Shown: one piece after another, positions 9,739 through 17,997 of the stretch
Position numbering within the stretch: the stretch's first letter is position 1
How the letters are laid out: every line of letters begins with the position of its first letter
Sequence record: PP496440.1
DNA length: 64,000 bases
Direction: 5' to 3' (one strand)
Notes under the pieces: model-generated
What the model was told of the DNA's origin: nothing
The model's input: the letters and a program-made list of their open reading frames with translations, nothing else
The model's database searches: none
Program-made: the position numbers and the translations under genes

Positions 9739-12582
9739 TTACACGCGGCCGAAAGCATCGTCGAAAGACATGCCGTAGCGGGTAACGACAGTCTTGAATC
9801 GGATGAACTCGGCATCGAGGGTTGGCTTGACGAACAGCCACACGTTGATAACCTGATTCTCGATATCGTTGTCGCCGTTGTTGGACGTGTCGCAGACGGT
9901 GAAGTAATCGTACACACCTTTCCGCGCTTTGATCCCGTCCATGTAATCGTCGATCAGGACCTTGATCTCGTTCCGCACTTCCGGCGTGTTCAGTTCGAAC
10001 ACGTAATCTTCGAGTGCTTCCTTGATGGCAGGTTCGATCACGATCAGCAACAGCCGAACGTTCAGACTGCGAGTTGCGGATTGAGTTGGGGACAGCGTCC
10101 GTTGACCCCAGACCACGATGCCTTTCCCTTTGGCGAACCAAATCGGGTTGACCTCGATGTCGTAGAGGAAGTCCATCTCCCCTTCGGTGAAGCGGATCAG
10201 CGTGTCGAGTACGTTCAGAACACCACGACGGAAACCGGCTGGTGGATACCAGAGCTCGGAGTTCGCGCCAGTCTTGCTGATCACCGCGCCGACGAAACCA
10301 TCCGGCGACACGTAGATGTCGCGGTTGTTGTACTTGTCAGTAACCTTGACGTGCGGTGCATACAGCGCAGCGTACGAAGTGTTCGCGTTCAGAACCGACT
10401 GGCGGTAGTTCGCGATCTGATTCAAGTAGTCCGAAGACGATTCCGCAGCGTACGGGCAAGACAGGATAGCTACGCAGTCCATGCGCTGCTCTGCCAGTGC
10501 GATCAGTGCCTTGGCATACGATGCCGTAGCGCGGCCACCATCCAGAAGGAGGGTGATTGGCAGACCTTGCAGCTTGCCCAACGCCTTGATCATATCGGAG
10601 TCGGTCACCGCAGTGCCGTCATCGCCGCCGCCTACGTAGATACCGTAAGGAGCGGAGCCGTCGTCTTTGGTGACAAGGGAAGCATCACCTGCGTCCACGG
10701 TGAACGTGATGGTCACCTTGGCAGCGGCAGCAGTAACGGTATCTACTGTCGCAACGCTGTCGTACGAAGCGGCACCCAGCAGGGCAGCAACCTCGGCAGC
10801 GGTATCCGCGCTGTACGGAATGGTAACCTTGACGCCAGCCAGCTCAACAACCTCGTCGTTGCCGGAAGTGTTACCCGACAGAACGATAAAGGATTGTTGC
10901 TCTGCTACTGCGTCCACGCCTGCCACGAAGCGGCGGACAATGGAGCAAGACGTGGTGCTGATCGACGAAGGGGCGGTCTTTACCGGCAGGTTAGCGTCGT
11001 GGGCAGTGGTCTTGTAGGTGACCAGTACCTTGGCACCATCAGCGGCTACTGAGGCGAAGTCTGCTACAGTGCTGTAGTTGCTGTTCGCGATGGATGCAGC
11101 AACGTCTGCCAAGTTGGTGCTGGCAGCAGTAACCTGAGTGACGACACCGTTCAGAGTGAAGTCTTCGACCGCGCCCGAGTTGTTAGCGGCGTTGACGTTG
11201 AACGACACGATCTTGGGTTTCTCAGCCTGCGGTGCCACGTACGGCTGGGTTACAGCAGGTGCGCCGAAAGTGGTGGTGTTGCCACCTGGGTTGGTCAGGC
11301 TGGTAGCCGCGTTCTCCGCAGCCACTTTGTACGTCACCTTGACCGTGGTGTTGTTGACCACAGACACGGACTGGATCAGCGTGTCAGCAGCATACGACGC
11401 CGAGGCAATCGCAGCAGCTACCGCAGCAGCAGTGGTCGCGGCCAGAGGCACGGTGACCGTGGTGCTACCCAGAGTGAACTGTTCGTCCGCACCCGAGCTG
11501 TTGCCCGAGTTGACCAAGAAGGTCCACGTCTTACCAACACCTTGAACCGCAGGGGCGTAAGCCTGAACCACAGTGAAGCCGCTGGTACGAACACTCTCTG
11601 GCTTGCCAACGGTGAACGTCGCTACCGAGGCCGCGCTCTCTTTCATGGTCAGGGTGACCACGGCGCCGGAAGCCTCGACACGATCCACTGCCGGAATGTT
11701 GTCCCACTCTGGCGACGTAGCAATGACCGAAGCCAATGCAGACGTGGTAGTGGCATTCGCCGGGACGTCGATGTTGATGGTCTGGCCAGCGCCGGTGACC
11801 TTCAGCTTTAGCACTTGACCCGTGCTGTTACCAGATTGCACGGTGAACGACTGTTGTTGAACAGTCGCAGCCTTGCTGGCAACGAAGTCGCGGGTTTGAG
11901 TCAGGTCGCCGAACGACACCGTGGTAACCTTGGTGTTTTTCGGGAACAGCTTCTCGTCCGCGATTGGGTTGGAGACCCAACGGATGTAAGCCGACGACTG
12001 CAGAGCGGTTTCGACGTACATCGATTGGCCCAGGCCGTTGACCGCGCCTTGCAAGCGGGACACCTCGAACGACTCGACCAGCGCGCCGTAGAAGTACACA
12101 CGAATGCGGAACGGGTTGTACGAAGCAGTCTGCTTGGTGATACGGTCGATGATCACCGAGATGTTCGACGACCACACACCGGGGCTCGACGCGTAGATCA
12201 AACCAGCGTCATCCGCAGTGAACGGATACGACTCTGGGTCGTCCAGATCTTGGCTCGGAACGCGAACGTCCTGATCCGAAGTGGAGACCGGGATGATCAA
12301 GCCGCCAGCTAGCGTCTGAGAACCGGCGCGGATTACCCACAGCTTGTTGGAAGCCTGAAGGAATGTCGCGGCGGAATACATGGCCAGGTCGGCACCAATA
12401 CGGATACTGGAGTTCTCCGTATAACTTTGAATCAGATCCTGCTCGGAAGTCGTCAACTTCGCTTCTTCCTGCGACCCTCGCGGGGCACCTGGAAGTACGA
12501 TTGCGCCGTAGACACCCGGCGAACTCGCAACCGAAGTCGCGAGATTGATTTCCGAGAGGGTTACCTTTGCTGCACCACTCAT
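9739..12582 (-). CDS. contractile tail sheath protein with large repeat insertion
   Basis: Conserved sheath C-terminus: WYPPAGFRRGVL, VNPI, VVWGQRTL, NVRLLL, YVFELN, VKPT; N-terminal VTLSEINL..SPGVY. Confidence 0.92.
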   Translation of the reverse strand: MSGAAKVTLSEINLATSVASSPGVYGAIVLPGAPRGSQEEAKLTTSEQDLIQSYTENSSIRIGADLAMYSAATFLQASNKLWVIRAGSQTLAGGLIIPVSTSDQDVRVPSQDLDDPESYPFTADDAGLIYASSPGVWSSNISVIIDRITKQTASYNPFRIRVYFYGALVESFEVSRLQGAVNGLGQSMYVETALQSSAYIRWVSNPIADEKLFPKNTKVTTVSFGDLTQTRDFVASKAATVQQQSFTVQSGNSTGQVLKLKVTGAGQTINIDVPANATTTSALASVIATSPEWDNIPAVDRVEASGAVVTLTMKESAASVATFTVGKPESVRTSGFTVVQAYAPAVQGVGKTWTFLVNSGNSSGADEQFTLGSTTVTVPLAATTAAAVAAAIASASYAADTLIQSVSVVNNTTVKVTYKVAAENAATSLTNPGGNTTTFGAPAVTQPYVAPQAEKPKIVSFNVNAANNSGAVEDFTLNGVVTQVTAASTNLADVAASIANSNYSTVADFASVAADGAKVLVTYKTTAHDANLPVKTAPSSISTTSCSIVRRFVAGVDAVAEQQSFIVLSGNTSGNDEVVELAGVKVTIPYSADTAAEVAALLGAASYDSVATVDTVTAAAAKVTITFTVDAGDASLVTKDDGSAPYGIYVGGGDDGTAVTDSDMIKALGKLQGLPITLLLDGGRATASYAKALIALAEQRMDCVAILSCPYAAESSSDYLNQIANYRQSVLNANTSYAALYAPHVKVTDKYNNRDIYVSPDGFVGAVISKTGANSELWYPPAGFRRGVLNVLDTLIRFTEGEMDFLYDIEVNPIWFAKGKGIVVWGQRTLSPTQSATRSLNVRLLLIVIEPAIKEALEDYVFELNTPEVRNEIKVLIDDYMDGIKARKGVYDYFTVCDTSNNGDNDIENQVINVWLFVKPTLDAEFIRFKTVVTRYGMSFDDAFGRV
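10690..11860 (-). repeat. four ~100-aa tandem repeat domains inserted in the sheath
   Basis: QSFTVQSGNSTG / WTFLVNSGNSSG / VSFNVNAANNSG / QSFIVLSGNTSG; each is followed by a T..A(A/E/D)VAAxI-type helix and a V-T/K-V-T-Y/F strand. Confidence 0.75.
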
Positions 12583-12603
12583 AGTGATTCCCTCGATGGA
12601 GTG

Positions 12604-12789
12604 TTAAGCCTGGACTTGTTCAGTAACCTTGCCCGGCAACGGGTAGGTCAACTGATCACGATCCAGACGTTTCAGGACGCCGAGCGGCGGCAGGGTAACG
12701 GAATCTTTTCCCTCTGGACCATAGGCCAGCTGGATGGGGTGCTTCGCCGTCGAATACAGATTGACGTAAACTTTTTCTTGATCAGACAT
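12604..12789 (-). CDS. small virion-module protein (61 aa)
   Basis: SD AGGAG, sits between the tail completion-like gene and the sheath. Confidence 0.6.
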   Translation of the reverse strand: MSDQEKVYVNLYSTAKHPIQLAYGPEGKDSVTLPPLGVLKRLDRDQLTYPLPGKVTEQVQA

Positions 12790-12807
12790 CACATCGTCTC
12801 CTAACCG

Positions 12808-13494
12808 TTATGGCGTCGGGGTCAGATCTATTTCCTTGCGGAACAGTACCTCGCCCTTACCGTTTTCACCTTCATCAAGCTGGGCAACGAAGATAATCTT
12901 CGAGCTGTTCTTGAGCTTCGTGTCGTACTTGCCCCCATCACTGGAGACATAACCGTGGACAGTGATGTCTACGTTGAACACGAACGCCGATACGTCCTGA
13001 CCCGCCTTCGACTTGGGAGGCAATGTCAGTTCACCACCGACTTGAGACTCAATCGTGAACGGGATACCTCGGTACTCCAGCGTGAAATCCAGCAGGCTGA
13101 AATGCTGCATGAACTTCGCGTCACTGATGAACTTTAGCGCCTTCAGGTAATCGTCGGTAGCGAACTCCAGAACCATACCCATTGTAACCGGGATGATACT
13201 GATTGCGTACTCTCGATCCCCCTCGTTGATGGCAAAGCGATTAACAATCCCTCGCGCTGTCACATTGGGGCGGTGTCGATTGGAATCACCTACGGTGCCG
13301 TAAGTCAGATAAGCGAAAGGGAACGTGGGTGCCTTTTCCCTTTTCTGAACGAACACATCGTAAGCTTCTTCCCGCGTTCGAATCATGACGCTGCCTTTAG
13401 CTAGGTCCAGCCCTTCTTCGACACGACGGCATACACCCGCCAAGACGAACACCTCGATGGGCTTGATCCTTGTACTTGCTGAAGACTTAGCCAT
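12808..13494 (-). CDS. putative tail completion/terminator protein
   Basis: Start MAKSSAS at 13494 after GAGG; position between capsid and sheath; beta-rich with PTFPFAYL motif. Confidence 0.45.
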   Translation of the reverse strand: MAKSSASTRIKPIEVFVLAGVCRRVEEGLDLAKGSVMIRTREEAYDVFVQKREKAPTFPFAYLTYGTVGDSNRHRPNVTARGIVNRFAINEGDREYAISIIPVTMGMVLEFATDDYLKALKFISDAKFMQHFSLLDFTLEYRGIPFTIESQVGGELTLPPKSKAGQDVSAFVFNVDITVHGYVSSDGGKYDTKLKNSSKIIFVAQLDEGENGKGEVLFRKEIDLTPTP

Positions 13495-13504
13495 TTTATA
13501 CCTC

Positions 13505-13542
13505 GAAAAAAGGGTGGGTGGGCGGTAACACCCACCCACCCT
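13505..13542 (-). terminator. intrinsic terminator after major capsid gene
   Basis: Perfect 12-bp stem AGGGTGGGTGGG/CCCACCCACCCT with a U-tract on the minus strand. Confidence 0.8.
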
Positions 13543-13563
13543 ATATCACCTGACGTGCTGTGG

Positions 13564-14652
13564 TTACTGGCGGATAGCCTTGGTCACAGTGCGAGAGTTG
13601 ATGATGGACATCGCGGTCAGCTGGCTCATGGTCCAACCACGACCTGGGAAGCGCTCGGTGGTCTCGTCGATAGGGCGAGCCTCGATGCCATCACGGTCGG
13701 AGTACACACCATGGTTCTCTGGCGAGGAAACCACGTACATCTCGCCACGGCCCAGCACCTTGTGCTGCGAATGACGGAACTGGTCAGTGATCACTTCCAG
13801 GCCGTACACGTTGCCGATGTTGCCGGTTTGAATCAGCTCTTCGGCGTACGAGGTGGCGTTGAAAGTGTTGACCCAGCTTTCTTCGCTGATGATGTCGGTC
13901 AGGATGTCCGACGAGATCAACCAGAATGCCGCTGGCAGGCCCCACTGGGTGATGTTACTCACCATGTTGGCCAGAGCGCGGGTGGTCACTTGACCGGCGA
14001 GGATGGTCTGCTCGTTGGCTACGCCGACCGACGCATCGGCCAGACGTTTCCACAGGCGGTCTTCCGCAACCATGAACGCTTCCAGCGTGGAGATGTACGT
14101 ACGGTCGAGCAGAGTGGCCGGGCCGCGAGCCAGGTCTTTCTGTTCGATGTACGGACGCGCTTGGAGGTAAAACTCTTGCGGGTAGTACACGTTGTCGCGA
14201 ACCAGGTGGGTCGCAACTTGGGCAGGACCAGTCGAGAGGACAGCGACGGACTGCTTCATGTCCACGGTGACTTTCGGCTCTTGGCCTTGTTCCAGTTCCA
14301 TGCGTTGCAGCAGACGACGTGCGAAGCCGTCACGGTTGCCGGTCACTTGCATCTCGGCGGCGAACACTTCGCCCAGTGCAACCAGCTCTTCCTTGCTGGC
14401 GAATGCGGCTTCAACCATCTCACGCTTGCGAGCGGCAGCAGCCGAAGCAGTTTCAACCTGCTTCTCGGTGGTCAGCTGGTGGCCGCTCTTGGCCGCAGCT
14501 GCGAGGGTCTGGAGCATGCCGAACAGCTCTTTGTTCGAACTGGCGTTGAACTCGCCGTTCTGGCCAACCAGCTTACCGCCGCCTGCCATGGACAGTTCGG
14601 TGATGATGCTCGGACGGCTGACGGACAGCCCTTTAAGTTGCAATGCTTTCAT
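13564..14652 (-). CDS. major capsid protein (HK97-like fold)
   Basis: 362 aa, extreme codon bias, own terminator; late motifs GNIGNVYGLEVITD and VLGRGEMYVVSSPENHG typical of capsid P-domain; context. Confidence 0.8.
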   Translation of the reverse strand: MKALQLKGLSVSRPSIITELSMAGGGKLVGQNGEFNASSNKELFGMLQTLAAAAKSGHQLTTEKQVETASAAAARKREMVEAAFASKEELVALGEVFAAEMQVTGNRDGFARRLLQRMELEQGQEPKVTVDMKQSVAVLSTGPAQVATHLVRDNVYYPQEFYLQARPYIEQKDLARGPATLLDRTYISTLEAFMVAEDRLWKRLADASVGVANEQTILAGQVTTRALANMVSNITQWGLPAAFWLISSDILTDIISEESWVNTFNATSYAEELIQTGNIGNVYGLEVITDQFRHSQHKVLGRGEMYVVSSPENHGVYSDRDGIEARPIDETTERFPGRGWTMSQLTAMSIINSRTVTKAIRQ

Positions 14653-14715
14653 GAGGTTTTAATCCTGTGCAGGAAAATCAGAAGACCTTGTCTGTATTGA
14701 TAAGGCTAACTAGCC

Positions 14716-15423
14716 TTACAGCAGGACCAGTTTCAGGAACGGATAGCCTTCATCCGGGCCTTTCAGAACAGCGACGCCTTGCAGCACGGTGCCGTTGCCA
14801 CCGCTGGTGAACAGGCCGTTCGCGCCGAGGGTGACCACGGTCTCAGGGGACCAGTCAACGTTGGTGTCGAATTCGGAAGTCGCCAGTTCGCCTTTGGTAA
14901 TGGCGGTGGTAATCCCGAGGAAAGCAGCGGCGGTGCGACCGGCAGACTGTTCGCCTTGCAGCGAAGCAGCTTCTACGACGGTCGGGGTGTAGCGATAGCC
15001 AGCCTGAATCGCTTGGTCTTTCTGTGCAGCGTTCAGCGTGACGGTCTTGCCGTCCGAAGCGAGGCTGAACTTGCCAGCGGTGGCAGCATCACCAGCGGCC
15101 AGAGTGGTCTTGGTGCCGTTGGCAGCAGTAGCTACCAGACGCAGCGAACCGGCGTCGGCGACAGCCTTGTCCAGCACCAGAGTAGTGCTGTTACGGTTGG
15201 CTTCGAAACCTTGCAGCTTCGGCAGGAAGTCCGGGAACTGGGTCTGGTTGATGTTGATGCCGAAGAAGCGCTCACCGGCAACACCAGTGGAGGGCTTGAC
15301 TGCCAACTCACCGTCAGCGCCGGTAGTGATAACCAGAGCGCAACCTTCGTTGGTCAATTCGATCCCTTCCGCCACTTGGACAGGTTGGGATTCGCGCAGA
15401 TGAACGACGTCGAAACTGAGCAT
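14716..15423 (-). CDS. putative head decoration/cement protein
   Basis: 235 aa, Ala/Thr/Gly rich, directly upstream of MCP, highly biased codons. Confidence 0.5.
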   Translation of the reverse strand: MLSFDVVHLRESQPVQVAEGIELTNEGCALVITTGADGELAVKPSTGVAGERFFGININQTQFPDFLPKLQGFEANRNSTTLVLDKAVADAGSLRLVATAANGTKTTLAAGDAATAGKFSLASDGKTVTLNAAQKDQAIQAGYRYTPTVVEAASLQGEQSAGRTAAAFLGITTAITKGELATSEFDTNVDWSPETVVTLGANGLFTSGGNGTVLQGVAVLKGPDEGYPFLKLVLL

Positions 15424-15484
15424 GGTACGTTCCTCAAAGGAAGGATAGATAAAAACGGATGACTGTCTCGGGTTGAATCAACCC

Positions 15485-17014
15485 TTAACTGATGCGGAAC
15501 AGTCCGCCTTGAGCGAGTTCACGCACACGCGAGTTACCCTTCTGAACAGGTTCATTCAGGAAGGAAGCGGTGGTTACCTGGCGCAACGGGGTCTCGAGTT
15601 GGGTTTCCAACTGCGCAGTAGAAGCCTGACGGCCATTGCTGCGAGTCGAGGAACCTACCGGAGTAGTGGACGCGATGGTTTCCGCCAGATCATTCAGGCT
15701 GCTCGGGTCACGGGCTGCCAGTGTCTGAGCCAGCGCGAGGACGTTTTGGTTATGTTCGTCTTCGGTTTCGGCCAAAGCGCTCTCAACCATGGCTTGCGCG
15801 TTCTGTACACCAGCGGTGGTCAGATCGGCAATCAGGCGTTCCTTCACTTTGTGTGGGGTGTTGCGGAAGAACCCACGGGTCATACCAGCTGTCGCCAGCT
15901 GAAGGCCATGCAGCAGTCGTTCGGTCTGATCGCCAACGGTGTCGGCGACTTCGGCGGCAGCGACAGCCTTAGCCTTTTCTTGCACGAATGCCATCGCCAT
16001 CGCGGCAGGGGCCTTGAAGCTGTTACGCTGGAAGCCGTAGCTAGCCAGAGTTGCGTCCAAGCCGTCCTTGTTGAACGTCTGGGCGATTGCTTCCATGTAA
16101 GCTGGCTCGCCGAAGATATCGGCGTTGGCGGTTTCTGCGGTCTTGTGCAGGACAGCCACGGTCTGATCGTTGACGTTAGCCAAGATCTTGCCGTTCAGCG
16201 GGATGAATTCAGCAGTCGCATTTTCACTCAGGCCAACCGAGGACAGCGCTTCGAGAACGTCGATGTTCATATCTTCGGGCTCGTCACATTGGTCGGGGTT
16301 CTGCGTGGACTGGATGACTTCGGCTTCTTCAACCGGTTCGTCGTCCGACTCCTCTTCTTCCTCGTCGTCAGCTTCGGCGGACGCAACCACCGGCTTCTGC
16401 TTCGGCATGATGATCATCGGATTGTCCTCGGCGGAAGCTTCTTCCTCCAAGTCCTCGTCAGACTCATTCGATTCGTCGTCTTCCAGTTCTTCGTCGTCGG
16501 CGCTGGTGTCGTCATCGCTTAGATCCGAATCGTCTTCCGACTCTTCTTCATCATCGGCGCTGGCTTCTTCGGCGGGTTGATCGCCGTCCCATGCCCAATC
16601 GGCGTTCGCGTCTTCTTCGTCGGTAGCAGTGGTATCATCCTCTGCACCTGCGAGAGTTACGCTGGGGTTCAGTACCATCCCCGTACCGCATTCAACACAG
16701 CAGATCTCTACGTGGCCTTCTTTGTTCACCGGCATTTGCGCCAGCTCTTCATCGAACATCACGTTAGCCACGGTGCACTGACGGCACTGCGCGCTGGTAA
16801 GGCTATCTTCTTCCGACTGGTTAAAGACGGAAGCAGTGATTGCCTCAGCACGCTGTTTCATGGCTGGACTGCCGCAGTGACCGCAGAACGGATCGCACCC
16901 CGCCAACGCTACCGTTTCCTCTTTGCAGTGACCGCACTGGTATGAAGCCAGTACAGCCTGCTTAAGGCTACGCATGGTTGGGGCGTGAGAAGCGATCATG
17001 GTGAGCTTCGGCAT
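15485..17014 (-). CDS. putative prohead scaffold protein with N-terminal Zn fingers and acidic linker
   Basis: Start MPKLT at 17014 after GAGGAG; CGHC, CDPFCGHC, CRQC, CCVEC motifs; long D/E tract; helical C-terminus; first gene of the head operon. Confidence 0.5.
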   Translation of the reverse strand: MPKLTMIASHAPTMRSLKQAVLASYQCGHCKEETVALAGCDPFCGHCGSPAMKQRAEAITASVFNQSEEDSLTSAQCRQCTVANVMFDEELAQMPVNKEGHVEICCVECGTGMVLNPSVTLAGAEDDTTATDEEDANADWAWDGDQPAEEASADDEEESEDDSDLSDDDTSADDEELEDDESNESDEDLEEEASAEDNPMIIMPKQKPVVASAEADDEEEEESDDEPVEEAEVIQSTQNPDQCDEPEDMNIDVLEALSSVGLSENATAEFIPLNGKILANVNDQTVAVLHKTAETANADIFGEPAYMEAIAQTFNKDGLDATLASYGFQRNSFKAPAAMAMAFVQEKAKAVAAAEVADTVGDQTERLLHGLQLATAGMTRGFFRNTPHKVKERLIADLTTAGVQNAQAMVESALAETEDEHNQNVLALAQTLAARDPSSLNDLAETIASTTPVGSSTRSNGRQASTAQLETQLETPLRQVTTASFLNEPVQKGNSRVRELAQGGLFRIS

Positions 17015-17341
17015 GCGAAGTGCTCCTCTTGCTGTCAATGGGCTGCTACACACTATAAGCATGAGCAGATCTTCGAGCAGGCCACCTCGACGGCCCCTGC
17101 TACGGTAAACTCGGATTCACCCCTCCACGCGTATATAACGTTTTGGGAACAATTCAAATTACATACGACCAGAGTGCCATGGTGTCCATACCTGCGTCAA
17201 AACGCCCGTTTGCCATCATGTCGGGATATGCCCAGCCATATGAGTGCTAAGTCATTGATTACCTTGACAATTTATTAGGGGGTATGTGGCCCCCTAATTC
17301 ATGGAAATTCAGGTATTTTGGCTATATCTGCGTCAAAGTGC

Positions 17342-17370
17342 TTGACAAACGCTGCCAGGCCCTGTATACT
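17342..17370 (+). promoter_or_regulatory. sigma70-type promoter
   Basis: TTGACA-N17-TATACT. Confidence 0.8.
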
Positions 17371-17433
17371 GCACGGGCGAGCTACTATTCCAGCCCGCTA
17401 CGTCCATGCCCACCGGGGCACGAAGGAACCAAC

Positions 17434-17910
17434 ATGAAGAGCATGATTCGCCGCAAAGATGGGTTTTACACGGAGTTGTTGGCCGGTGCTAAAGACCCTG
17501 TCGCCCTTTCCAAGACTGCATTCAACCGTGGACTGACCCGGATCGTTGCATCTATTACGAGCAGTGTTAAGCTGCGGTACGTAGTAGATTCCGAAACCGG
17601 TGATGCGGAATACCGGGTGAGAGTGAAGTTTCAGAAAAGCCAGTTGACCCGCAAGGGTACTCCGGCTATCAAGGTGGGACGGGTACTGGTTCCTGTTGAT
17701 CTCGACAGCATTGCAGTACATTGCACGTGTCAGGACTTTCGATTCACCTGGTACACCTATTTGAAGAACTCTGGGCACGCTGCCGGTTGGTTCAAGCAGG
17801 TGGAGTTGAAAGGATCTGGCCGCACTCGGGAAGCTGACCACGCAGGTTGCTGCAAACACGTCGCCGGTGTACTGGCAATGGTTGAGCAGAACGTTATCGT
17901 CAAGCTGTGA
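17434..17910 (+). CDS. SWIM zinc-finger protein
   Basis: VHCTCQDF ... CCKHV (CxC-xn-CxH); start MKSMIRR after GAAGGA. Confidence 0.75.
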   Translation: MKSMIRRKDGFYTELLAGAKDPVALSKTAFNRGLTRIVASITSSVKLRYVVDSETGDAEYRVRVKFQKSQLTRKGTPAIKVGRVLVPVDLDSIAVHCTCQDFRFTWYTYLKNSGHAAGWFKQVELKGSGRTREADHAGCCKHVAGVLAMVEQNVIVKL

Positions 17911-17945
17911 CCCAGATGCAGTGAGTGTTACATGATAGAGAAAAT

Positions 17946-17980
17946 AAAACCCCACCGGTTCGCGCCGTGTGGGGTTTTTT
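17946..17980. terminator. bidirectional intrinsic terminator
   Basis: AAAACCCCAC...GTGGGGTTTTTT between convergent genes. Confidence 0.8.
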
Positions 17981-17997
17981 ATGTCTGAAATTCAATC

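Noticed and set aside
9100-11052. 650-aa plus-strand ORF
   Set aside because: Antisense shadow of the tail tube/sheath genes caused by their GC3-biased codons; no motifs, SD or coherent composition.
13555-14700. 381-aa plus-strand ORF
   Set aside because: Shadow of the major capsid gene.
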